Source of the DNA: an uncultured Eubacteriales bacterium
Lineage (GTDB): Bacteria > Bacillota > Clostridia > Christensenellales > CAG-138
Direction: 5' to 3'
DNA: 64,000 nucleotides
NCBI GenBank assembly: GCA_902768795.1
Contig: CACXMS010000001.1
Coordinates: 46,577 to 110,576 of the forward strand
Positions within the stretch are counted from its first letter, which is position 1. The number at the start of each line of letters is the position of its first letter. Positions 51,015-58,700 of this stretch are shown in pieces. Made by a program: the position numbers and the translations under genes. The notes beneath the pieces are model-generated. The model made no database searches, was not told the origin of the DNA, and saw nothing but the letters and a program-made list of their open reading frames with translations.

Positions 51015-52129
51015 GTCTGCAACACCCCCATCAACAAACCGATCAAAGCCGTTTCCATCAGAAAAACCGCAGTCAGGGCCGACAGCGCCAGACCCATCAT
51101 GGACGCCGCGCTTTCGAGCGTTCTTCCGTAAGCATGTACTCCGAGCATGCCTGCGACAGCGCCGGACAGCCGAAGAATGACAACCTGTACGGCAAGTCGG
51201 ATCAAAGGCCCTGCTGTCAGCGACCCCAGCATCAGGATGCCCGTGACCCCCAGCATCGAACGAATCGACAGCATGCAGCGCCAGATCGTATCAACCGAAT
51301 CGGACGCAAGGTTCCCGAGCTGCGGCAATGCGCCTGCCGCAAGCTTTGCGGAGCGGAACAGAAGCGAATCCGTATGATTCGCAATCGAGCCGCGCACCGC
51401 TGCGACCAAAAGATACAGCGATGCACCGACCCGCAGCGTCCAACGTGCAAACCGATGGCAGAATGCTCCGACGGACGCAGCCCGTTCTTCTCCGAAGCAA
51501 TCGAGAATCTGCAGCACGCACCCGATCACGGCAAGCGGAAAAACAACGTCTGCAGCAAGGCGGATCATTCCCTCGCACAGGATTCCGATTCCCGTATTCA
51601 ACTCGGCTCCGCCGGCCGAAAGATCGAACATTGTGAAAATGCCGAGCAGAAACGGCAGCATTGCCTCGGAAGCCGATCGAAAAACGCGCAAAGTCTCCGC
51701 GCAGCTTTGGAGCTTCGGAAGGAATATCCCGAGAACGAGACTGCCGCCGAGCAAACGCAGAACGCTTTGCGGAATTTCCGAGAACACACCGATCTGAAAT
51801 CCCGAAACAGCTGCCGCCAGTACGGCAAATCCGATCAGAATGACAAGCGTTTTGCTCTGCTCCGAAAAAGCGCTTAATCCGTATTTCCAGACGGAATCCA
51901 CTGAGAACAACGGTTGGGAGGCCGCCGTACCGTTCGTTACGGACCGAATCAGAAAATCGGACGGAACGAATTCGATATACGGATCCTGCGCCGCAAACCA
52001 CCGGTCCCACTCGGCAAGATCAAGTTCGTTGAGAATCCATCGGATCTCCTCCTGCGGCTCCGGCTGTTCCGCCTGCAAAAAAACGGCCGGCATCAGCGCA
52101 AGGATCGTCACCAGGATGGCTTTTCTCAT
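51011..52129 (-). CDS. spoIIIAE: Stage III sporulation protein AE
   Basis: Signal-like N-terminus plus a polytopic membrane domain. The start overlaps the AD stop (ATGA). Operon position supports the call. Confidence 0.9.
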   Translation of the reverse strand: MRKAILVTILALMPAVFLQAEQPEPQEEIRWILNELDLAEWDRWFAAQDPYIEFVPSDFLIRSVTNGTAASQPLFSVDSVWKYGLSAFSEQSKTLVILIGFAVLAAAVSGFQIGVFSEIPQSVLRLLGGSLVLGIFLPKLQSCAETLRVFRSASEAMLPFLLGIFTMFDLSAGGAELNTGIGILCEGMIRLAADVVFPLAVIGCVLQILDCFGEERAASVGAFCHRFARWTLRVGASLYLLVAAVRGSIANHTDSLLFRSAKLAAGALPQLGNLASDSVDTIWRCMLSIRSMLGVTGILMLGSLTAGPLIRLAVQVVILRLSGAVAGMLGVHAYGRTLESAASMMGLALSALTAVFLMETALIGLLMGVLQT

Positions 52130-52518
52130 GAGAGCGCACCGCCGAGCATCGCCGCTCCGGTCTCCAGCATCGTCACAACCGCGGGCATCGCGCACCCGAG
52201 CAGCGCGATCCTCCCACCGAGTTCAACGCTGCCGGCTGCCGCCGACTGTCCGTTATCGCGGCAAAGATTCCCGCCGAACGATGTGAGCCAGGCAATCGCC
52301 GCCATTTTCAACAACGCGGCGCAGAACGCCTCCGAAACGCCGAACCGTTCGCCCAGCTTTCGCAAGGTATCCATCAGGCCGGTCGCCTCCGCCGCAACGG
52401 AACCGATCAGCAGCACGCCGGTGACTACAATCGAAACAAACGCATATTCCGGCCGGATCGCGCGCAGCATAACGCAAAGCCCGGTCCCGATCAATGCAAT
52501 CAAAAGCAGCTTCTCCAT
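52126..52518 (-). CDS. spoIIIAD: Stage III sporulation protein AD
   Basis: 130 aa with 4 transmembrane helices. RPEYA and C.D.G..A....VE..G motifs. Confidence 0.9.
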   Translation of the reverse strand: MEKLLLIALIGTGLCVMLRAIRPEYAFVSIVVTGVLLIGSVAAEATGLMDTLRKLGERFGVSEAFCAALLKMAAIAWLTSFGGNLCRDNGQSAAAGSVELGGRIALLGCAMPAVVTMLETGAAMLGGALS

Positions 52519-52521
52519 ACT

Positions 52522-52719
52522 TCAGGACAAAGAAAACGTCGATCGGATCGTTTCGAGCAGTTCGGAAACCATGGAAACCATCAGCATTGTTGCAATCAAC
52601 AGTCCGACGATCGCCGCAATGGTTGCGACCTCCTCACGACCGTTCTGCTTCAAAAGCTGCACGACGACTGCCGCAAGGATTCCGATCCCTGCGACCTTGA
52701 ACAGCATTTCGATGCCCAT
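52522..52719 (-). CDS. spoIIIAC: Stage III sporulation protein AC
   Basis: 65 aa with 2 transmembrane helices. LFK.AG.GIL..V..Q.LK..GREE pattern. Confidence 0.9.
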   Translation of the reverse strand: MGIEMLFKVAGIGILAAVVVQLLKQNGREEVATIAAIVGLLIATMLMVSMVSELLETIRSTFSLS

Positions 52720-52725
52720 CGGTAC

Positions 52726-53172
52726 TTACCATAACAGCACCGCAAGCGCCGCGCCGCAGATCGCCCCGATTGCACGAAACAGCTTTGCATTGCTGCATGC
52801 CGCGCTGCTTTCCTTTTCAGACAGCGCAAGCTCCGCAAGGTAAGCCGCGCCGACCGACTCGATCTCCGAGCCGTTCCCTTCCGAGACGGTTCGCAAAAAC
52901 GCCTTCAGACGTTCCTGCTCATCATCTGTCAGCGCACTTTGCGCTTTTGCTCCGGAATCGCCCGTTAAAAGGCCCGTTCGTACCGCTCCTTCCGGCAGCA
53001 TGGCGGCGATCGATTTCAGATCCGTCTTTCTCGTCCGGATGTACATCGTCAGCGTTTGCACATCCTTTCGGATATTCTTCAGCGTCTTTGCGCGCGTCTC
53101 AATCCCGGCCGCCTTGCGGAATCCCGCCGCAACGGCAAGCAAAAACAACAGCCCGATTCCGATGTATTTCAT
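52726..53172 (-). CDS. spoIIIAB: Stage III sporulation protein AB
   Basis: 148 aa with one N-terminal and one C-terminal transmembrane helix. The start overlaps the AA stop. Operon position supports the call. Confidence 0.8.
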   Translation of the reverse strand: MKYIGIGLLFLLAVAAGFRKAAGIETRAKTLKNIRKDVQTLTMYIRTRKTDLKSIAAMLPEGAVRTGLLTGDSGAKAQSALTDDEQERLKAFLRTVSEGNGSEIESVGAAYLAELALSEKESSAACSNAKLFRAIGAICGAALAVLLW

Positions 53173-54107
53173 GTGCTCTCCTCCCGTCGGTATAATTCGC
53201 CTCCCCCTCCGTCACATACGGCCGCAACGCTGCCGATCGGATGATCGGAAAGAAGAACAATGCGTTTGAACACCTGATCCTGCAGCAGCATCCGAAACGA
53301 CTCGCGTAAGAACAGATCCTTAAATCCGCCCGCATGAGCGGTTGCCAAAACCGTGACGCCGCATCCGCTCGCTCTGTGGACTGCCGAAGCGTCCTCTGCC
53401 GTGTTCAGTTCATCCGTCGCAATCACCTGCGGCGAAAGCGATGCAAGCATCCGTTCCAACGCCGCCGCTTTCGCCATTCCGGAAACGATATCCGTTCTGC
53501 ATCCGACTTGAAAAGCAGCACGCCCTCCGCCGGATCCGCAAAGTTCGAAGCGTTCATCGGCAACGCAGACGCGGCAGGCGGCAAGTCCGTTCTCACCGTC
53601 GGAAACGGTACGGATCAGGTCCCTCAATACCGTCGTCTTTCCGCAATTCGGCGGAGAAATCAAGAGAGTCGGCAGCAATTGCCCGCGTTCCGAAACGAAC
53701 GGAATCAACGGCGCTGCCGCACCGATATGCTCCCGGACAATCCGGATGCAGAACCCGTTGATTGCCGTATAGCGAATCTTTCCGTCCACGCCCGTCACGG
53801 CTCTGCCTGAAACGCCGACCCGATACCCGCCGGGGAGCGTTAAGAAACCGTTCGACAGTTCCGTTTCCCATGCGTAAACGGATCGCTCGCAAAGCGTTGA
53901 CAGAATCCCCGCACACTCCTCCTGGGCGACCATCGGTTCTCCGCCCGGCGCAAATACGATGCGATCGTGCTTCTCCGAAACAAGCTGCATCGGCCGGTCT
54001 GCGCGCAATCGGATTTCCAGTAATCGATCCGATTCCGAAATCTCACTTAAAACCTTTTGCACCCGCGTCGGCAACAGCGGGAGCAGTTCTTCTTTCCATC
54101 GTTCCAT
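53169..54107 (-). CDS. spoIIIAA: Stage III sporulation protein AA (secretion-type ATPase)
   Basis: EIRLR..RP, Walker A SPPNCGKTT and Walker B-like VIATDE. Confidence 0.92.
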   Translation of the reverse strand: MERWKEELLPLLPTRVQKVLSEISESDRLLEIRLRADRPMQLVSEKHDRIVFAPGGEPMVAQEECAGILSTLCERSVYAWETELSNGFLTLPGGYRVGVSGRAVTGVDGKIRYTAINGFCIRIVREHIGAAAPLIPFVSERGQLLPTLLISPPNCGKTTVLRDLIRTVSDGENGLAACRVCVADERFELCGSGGGRAAFQVGCRTDIVSGMAKAAALERMLASLSPQVIATDELNTAEDASAVHRASGCGVTVLATAHAGGFKDLFLRESFRMLLQDQVFKRIVLLSDHPIGSVAAVCDGGGGELYRREEST

Positions 54108-54127
54108 GCTCGTCCTCCGTCATGTCC

Positions 54128-54157
54128 TACTGTATGCACAAAAACAGGCATATATGA
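54128..54157 (-). promoter_or_regulatory. Putative mother-cell (sigma-E type) promoter of spoIIIA
   Basis: The minus strand reads TCATATA (54151-54157), 14 nt, CATACAGTA (54128-36), about 20 nt upstream of the spoIIIAA ATG and its GGAGGA RBS. Confidence 0.55.
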
Positions 54158-54298
54158 AAAGAACCGCGGATAAACCGCGATTCCGTTTTTGCCGATTTCT
54201 GCGTCTGACCGTTTTGTCGAAGCAGCCGATATTCGGTCAGAGCGTGTTACTGATTCCGCCAAGCATTCTTTGGGAAATACGCTCCCGTGTGCGCCGTA

Positions 54299-56335
54299 TT
54301 ATAACAACGTGCGAAAGCTCATTCCCGTCGTTCGTTCTTCGTTCGGCTTTTCACGCCGCATGACCGACGCAAACAATTCTTTCGCTTCCGTCTGCGATTC
54401 TGTCGTGAAATAAATTGAATAAAAGTCCAGATCCGGAAGCTTCTTATCCGCGACGTCATACAATACGCTGTTCAGCATCGTCGAATACTTGCGCGCATGG
54501 CATACGATCGGGAACGTACGTCCCATCCGATCCGTGACAACCGGCGAACCGCTGCATGCGCCACAGCCCTTTTCGCTCCGTGCCGGGCACGCGCGAAACT
54601 GCATCAACGGCAGTCTTCCAGTAATTATGCAGCCGAGGGGAATGTCCGAGGAAAGGTCGCGCATCTTTGCAAAAGGCAGTTCAAAGGACAGCGTAAGATC
54701 CAAAAGCCCGCGTTTTTGATATTCAGCCGCGGCCATAGCGTTTGTCACATTGAGTCCATAGCCCCCATGCACAGTTAACCCGGCGTTTTTTGCAATCCGA
54801 ACCGCTCCGATATTTCCTGCCACCGCGTCGGTCACGCCGTTTTCCTTCAGTCTCAAAAGCATCTCAAGCAAACGCTCCTCGTCCTTCGGATAGCAAAGCT
54901 CCGGCAGCTCGCACCAAACATTCGGCGCGATCCGATCCGGGTGTTCTGTCAGTTCCCGGGCGGGAAGCGAGCAGGCGTCGATCCGCTCGTCCGAAAAAAA
55001 CTGATCAGATGTTTCAAACCGAACGATACAGCGGCTGTACCGTGCATGCCGCCCGTTTCGTTCCGTTTTCGGTTCGACCGGACGGATCTCCCGTGCAGGA
55101 GGCGCTTCGCGAAGCTGCAGCAAGCGATCCAACGCGTCTTTTCGCAGCAAATTGATTTTGGCAGACGGAATCGCGCAGTCCGGATCCGTTTCGCACGCAA
55201 ACGAACGCAAAGTGAAGGGCGTTCCACCCATTTTGGAAATGCAGCGTCTCAAATAGGCATCGTCAACTGCAACGGTTTTCGCTGTTTCCGGCGCATCGCC
55301 TGTTGTTTCGGCAGAAAACGTTCCGTCCGTAACGTGAAGCGAAACCGGTTCTCCCCGCCGAACCGTCATGGAGGCGTCGATCGGAACAGAAGCGCGTTCG
55401 TTCCGATACAGAGAACGGAACGAGGAAAGCACCTCCTTGGATTGTTCTGCGTCCTCCCGCGTGCGTACGCCGAACATCGCGTGATTGCGTTTCCCGGTAT
55501 AGTATCCGTCAGTAAAGCCGCTGCGGGAAAAGACCGCCGCAAGCGAATCCGTTTCAAACGGTTCCCCGTCCCTGGCCCTCCTTGCGGCATCAACCGCTGC
55601 CGCAACATACTCCGGACGTTTCATGCGTCCTTCAATTTTGCAGGATGCAACGCCGATCTCGGCCAACTCCCCAAAGTAGGCCAAATGCGACATATCCTTC
55701 AAAGACAGACAGTTCTTTGCTCCGTTGCAGGAAAACGGAAGACGACACGGCTGCGCGCATGTCCCGCGATTTCCGCTTCGTTCGCCTAAGCTTGCCGAAA
55801 GATAGCACATCCCGGACGCGCTCATGCAAAGCGCGCCGTGCACAAATACTTCCAGCTCCGCTTCGGTTCGTTCCCGAATCAGGCGGATCTCCTCGCCGCT
55901 CAACTCCCTTGCAAGCACGACGCGGGAAAACCCCATGTCTTCCAGTTCCAGAACGCCTGCCGCATTGTGTACTGCCATCTGCGTGGACGCATGACGCTTC
56001 AGACTCGGGCAAATTTCCTTTGCCAAAGCGTTCACCGCGAGATCCTGTAAAATGATGCCGTCCGCGCCGCTTTGAGCAATCTGCTCAAGCGTCTTTGCAG
56101 CGGCTGCGAGTTCCTCATCGCGCAGCAGCGTGTTCATCGTCAAATAAACCGCCGTGCCGCGGGCATGGCAATAACGAACCGCTGCGTTCAAAGCGTCCCC
56201 CTCAAACCTTCCGGCGTTCCGACGCGCATTGCACTCTCCCGTTCCGAAATAAACCGCATCGGCGCCGCTGCGGACCGCAGCGATCAGCGCTTCCTCGGAG
56301 CCGACCGGCGCAAGAATTTCTGGATATCTTGGCAT
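54299..56335 (-). CDS. U32 family peptidase (PrtC/RlhA-like), long form
   Basis: PEILAPVGS.E.L.AAV..GADAVYFG and C....GERS.NRG.C.Q.CR motifs. Start at ATG 56333-56335 after AGAGGTGA. Confidence 0.88.
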   Translation of the reverse strand: MPRYPEILAPVGSEEALIAAVRSGADAVYFGTGECNARRNAGRFEGDALNAAVRYCHARGTAVYLTMNTLLRDEELAAAAKTLEQIAQSGADGIILQDLAVNALAKEICPSLKRHASTQMAVHNAAGVLELEDMGFSRVVLARELSGEEIRLIRERTEAELEVFVHGALCMSASGMCYLSASLGERSGNRGTCAQPCRLPFSCNGAKNCLSLKDMSHLAYFGELAEIGVASCKIEGRMKRPEYVAAAVDAARRARDGEPFETDSLAAVFSRSGFTDGYYTGKRNHAMFGVRTREDAEQSKEVLSSFRSLYRNERASVPIDASMTVRRGEPVSLHVTDGTFSAETTGDAPETAKTVAVDDAYLRRCISKMGGTPFTLRSFACETDPDCAIPSAKINLLRKDALDRLLQLREAPPAREIRPVEPKTERNGRHARYSRCIVRFETSDQFFSDERIDACSLPARELTEHPDRIAPNVWCELPELCYPKDEERLLEMLLRLKENGVTDAVAGNIGAVRIAKNAGLTVHGGYGLNVTNAMAAAEYQKRGLLDLTLSFELPFAKMRDLSSDIPLGCIITGRLPLMQFRACPARSEKGCGACSGSPVVTDRMGRTFPIVCHARKYSTMLNSVLYDVADKKLPDLDFYSIYFTTESQTEAKELFASVMRREKPNEERTTGMSFRTLL

Positions 56336-56465
56336 AAATGATTTCACCTCTTTTTGCATTATATCCTTTTGCGGGACGGATTGCAATGAAAATCGGTCTT
56401 GTCAGATTCCCGATTTTACGGTAGAATAAGAAAGAAATTCGTATGTTTCGTCGCAGGAGAACGCA

Positions 56466-57062
56466 ATGGCAAAGCGAAAGAAACCCTTTCTTATGACATC
56501 CACCGGCGCAAAGGCGATGGAAGCTGCCGGTATCGTCGTTATTATTATTTTGTTTGCCGTTCTTGTATTGCTGAACCGTGCGAAATTTTCCGGACAAAAA
56601 AGCAACGCCGTTCAAGCCGCCGAACCGGTTTCAAGCGGCGTACAGCCCTACGCGATCGCGAATGCTTTCCAAAATGCAGGATTTGCTGTGAAAAGCGGCG
56701 TGCCGGATCTCAGCGACGAATCCGGTTGGAGCTATTTAGCGCGCACGAATTCCGACGGCGTTGCTTCCATCGATCTGACCGTTCCGCTTTACGCCGACCA
56801 AAAGGAAGACGGAACCGCGACGGTAAGCATGTTCAACACACAGAACGAAGCGGTTCGAAAACGGCTTCTGAGTCTTTTGACAGAGCTGCTCCCCGTTTTT
56901 GGAGAAAATCCGTCCGTCGCGTCCGGCATCCTGCAAAAGTGCACAGAAGCGCTTGGTTCCGAAAAAATCAAAACCGTTTCGCTCGGGTATTATACGCTGC
57001 AGCTGATCCCTGTTTCCGAAGGACTGTCGCTATCTTTTTCCCGCCCGAATTCGCAGAAATGA
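56466..57062 (+). CDS. Hypothetical membrane-anchored protein (198 aa)
   Basis: AGGAGA RBS. One N-terminal transmembrane helix (AAGIVVIIILFAVLVLL). I recognise no family. Confidence 0.6.
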   Translation: MAKRKKPFLMTSTGAKAMEAAGIVVIIILFAVLVLLNRAKFSGQKSNAVQAAEPVSSGVQPYAIANAFQNAGFAVKSGVPDLSDESGWSYLARTNSDGVASIDLTVPLYADQKEDGTATVSMFNTQNEAVRKRLLSLLTELLPVFGENPSVASGILQKCTEALGSEKIKTVSLGYYTLQLIPVSEGLSLSFSRPNSQK

Positions 57063-57084
57063 TGGGTTTTTTACAAATTCATAC

Positions 57085-57113
57085 TTGACAGAACGACATC
57101 TTTTGCCTATAAT
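57085..57113 (+). promoter_or_regulatory. Consensus sigma-A promoter for the tRNA pair
   Basis: TTGACA (57085-57090), 17 nt, TATAAT (57108-57113), 10 nt before the tRNA-Thr 5' end. Confidence 0.75.
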
Positions 57114-57123
57114 AATCAAGTAC

Positions 57124-57199
57124 GCCAAAGTAGCTCAGTCGGTAGAGCGACGCACTCGTAATGCGTAGGTCAGGGGTCCGAGTCCCCTCTTTGGCTCCA
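57124..57199 (+). tRNA. tRNA-Thr (anticodon CGU), CCA encoded
   Basis: A manual cloverleaf fits. Acceptor GCCAAAG/CTTTGGC, D arm GCTC-AGTCGGTA-GAGC, anticodon arm ACGCA-CTCGTAA-TGCGT and T arm AGGGG-TCCGAGT-CCCCT. The T-loop has C at position 55. Confidence 0.9.
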
Positions 57200-57201
57200 T
57201 T

Positions 57202-57278
57202 CGAGGCGTAGCGCAGTTTGGTAGCGCGTTTGGTTCGGGACCAAAAGGCCGCTGGTTCAAATCCAGTCGCCTCGACCA
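57202..57278 (+). tRNA. tRNA-Pro (anticodon CGG), CCA encoded
   Basis: Acceptor CGAGGCG/CGCCTCG with a C1:G72 pair, anticodon arm TTTGG-TTCGGGA-CCAAA and T-loop TTCAAAT. Confidence 0.92.
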
Positions 57279-57280
57279 GG

Positions 57281-57320
57281 AACAGGCATCGGCTTCAAAT
57301 AGCGGATGCCTGTTTTCTAT
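57281..57320 (+). terminator. Rho-independent terminator after the tRNA pair
   Basis: 10-bp stem aacaggcatc/gatgcctgtt followed by TTTTCTATT. Confidence 0.65.
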
Positions 57321-57337
57321 TCGTCAGGAGGTGCTGC

Positions 57338-57886
57338 ATGAAACCCTATACGCGATGGATCACGGCAACCGCCGTCGGTATTGCACTTTTCACGATCCTC
57401 TCGCTTGTCCTTCGGATTCCGGTCTTTGCGTCCGGGCATTTTTACATCTGCCTCGGCTACATCGTCATGGGCGTTTATTGCTATTATTTCGGCATTTTCT
57501 CCGGAACCCTGATCGGCGTGCTCGGAATTCTGTTTTACTGTCTGATCACCAGCTCCCTCGGCGGAATGGTCGGATGGATGCTTGGGAATGCCGTGATCGG
57601 CGTTTGCGTCGGTTTTGTCGGATCAAAAACGCGCGGAATGAAAAACGAATTTCTGCACCAGACAATTCTGATCGGCGTCGGAATTCTTTCCACCGCGATC
57701 GGAATGCTTCCGGTGAAATCCGTTTACGAAAGTCTGCTTTCCGGTCTGCCGTTTTCCGTCCGGGTTTTGGCAAACATAACCGGATTTATCACGGATGCGA
57801 TCGTTCTCTCGTTCAGCTTTCCGCTTGCTTTCAGCTTGCGGCGAGTGCTTCCGAAGTGGTTCACAGCGCCTTCGTTCCAATTATAA
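57338..57886 (+). CDS. ECF transporter S component-like membrane protein (substrate unknown)
   Basis: 182 aa with about 6 transmembrane helices. AGGAGG RBS 6 nt before ATG 57338. The track ORF extension runs through tRNA-Pro and was discarded. Confidence 0.6.
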   Translation: MKPYTRWITATAVGIALFTILSLVLRIPVFASGHFYICLGYIVMGVYCYYFGIFSGTLIGVLGILFYCLITSSLGGMVGWMLGNAVIGVCVGFVGSKTRGMKNEFLHQTILIGVGILSTAIGMLPVKSVYESLLSGLPFSVRVLANITGFITDAIVLSFSFPLAFSLRRVLPKWFTAPSFQL

Positions 57887-57968
57887 AGCATGATTCGACA
57901 AGAAAATGCGTGACAAATGCCTTCGGATACGGTATGATATCGTTATAAACCGTGAAAGGAGCGCTTGC

Positions 57969-58619
57969 ATGGAAATAAATGCAGTAGCAATTTGGATCAA
58001 TAATACGTTTGCGGGATTCGACCAGTGGATGGCCGTTTGGATTCACAATCTGTATACGATCGCCGGCGGCTTTTTTACGCCGTTTTTCGAAGGCATTTCA
58101 TTCTTGGGACATGACGGGATCCCCCTGATCATCATCGGCGTGATACTGACGCTGTTCCGCAAGACGCGCAAATTCGGCACGGCAATGCTGCTCGGTCTCG
58201 GAATCGGCGCACTCGTTACAAATCTATGCCTGAAAGTGTTTATCGCGCGTCCCCGTCCCTATTCGGAAGAAACGAAAGCGTTTTTTAATTCGGATCTCTA
58301 TCAGAAGCTGTGGTTGACGGTCGGTCAAAATACCGAATCGGACAAGAGCTTTCCCTCCGGCCATACGACCGCCGCTTTTGCATCCATGACGGCGCTGTTC
58401 CTGGTCGGCAATAAGAAAATCAGTTGGACCGCTTTTATCTTTGCCATTCTGATGGCCGTGGCCCGCATTTATCTTGTTGTGCACTTTGCGTCGGACGTTC
58501 TGGCCGGAATACTCGTCGGAATCCCGAGCGGCATTCTGGGCGCGTTCCTTGCCGGCTTAATACCGAATCCCTATTATCAATTCAACTGGGGCATCCAGCC
58601 GAAGCAACGAACCGAATAA
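57969..58619 (+). CDS. PAP2 family phosphatase (undecaprenyl-diphosphate/lipid phosphate phosphatase type)
   Basis: KVFIARPRP, PSGHT and the SRIYLGVH.ASD-like motif (ARIYLVVHFASDV). AAAGGAG RBS before ATG 57969. Confidence 0.85.
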   Translation: MEINAVAIWINNTFAGFDQWMAVWIHNLYTIAGGFFTPFFEGISFLGHDGIPLIIIGVILTLFRKTRKFGTAMLLGLGIGALVTNLCLKVFIARPRPYSEETKAFFNSDLYQKLWLTVGQNTESDKSFPSGHTTAAFASMTALFLVGNKKISWTAFIFAILMAVARIYLVVHFASDVLAGILVGIPSGILGAFLAGLIPNPYYQFNWGIQPKQRTE

Positions 58620-58651
58620 CGGTTTGTTCATCCTATCGCAATCAATCGGCA

Positions 58652-58679
58652 AAGCGCCCTCCCGCTTGGGAGGGCGCTT
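58652..58679. terminator. Bidirectional terminator between the PAP2 gene and ispH/rpsA
   Basis: Perfect 12-bp stem aagcgccctccc/gggagggcgctt with a GCTT loop. Confidence 0.6.
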
Positions 58680-58700
58680 CTTGGTGTTGTTACAAAGAAA

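Noticed and set aside
54161-54298. Small ORFs (71 and 74 aa) and possible structured RNA between the U32 peptidase gene and spoIIIAA
   Set aside because: They have no RBS, no conserved-looking motif and no convincing hairpins. The region is better explained as a terminator/promoter spacer holding the sigma-E-type promoter.
57218-57337. N-terminal 40-codon extension of the ECF S-component ORF
   Set aside because: The extension reads straight through tRNA-Pro and the terminator hairpin. A strong AGGAGG RBS precedes the internal ATG at 57338.
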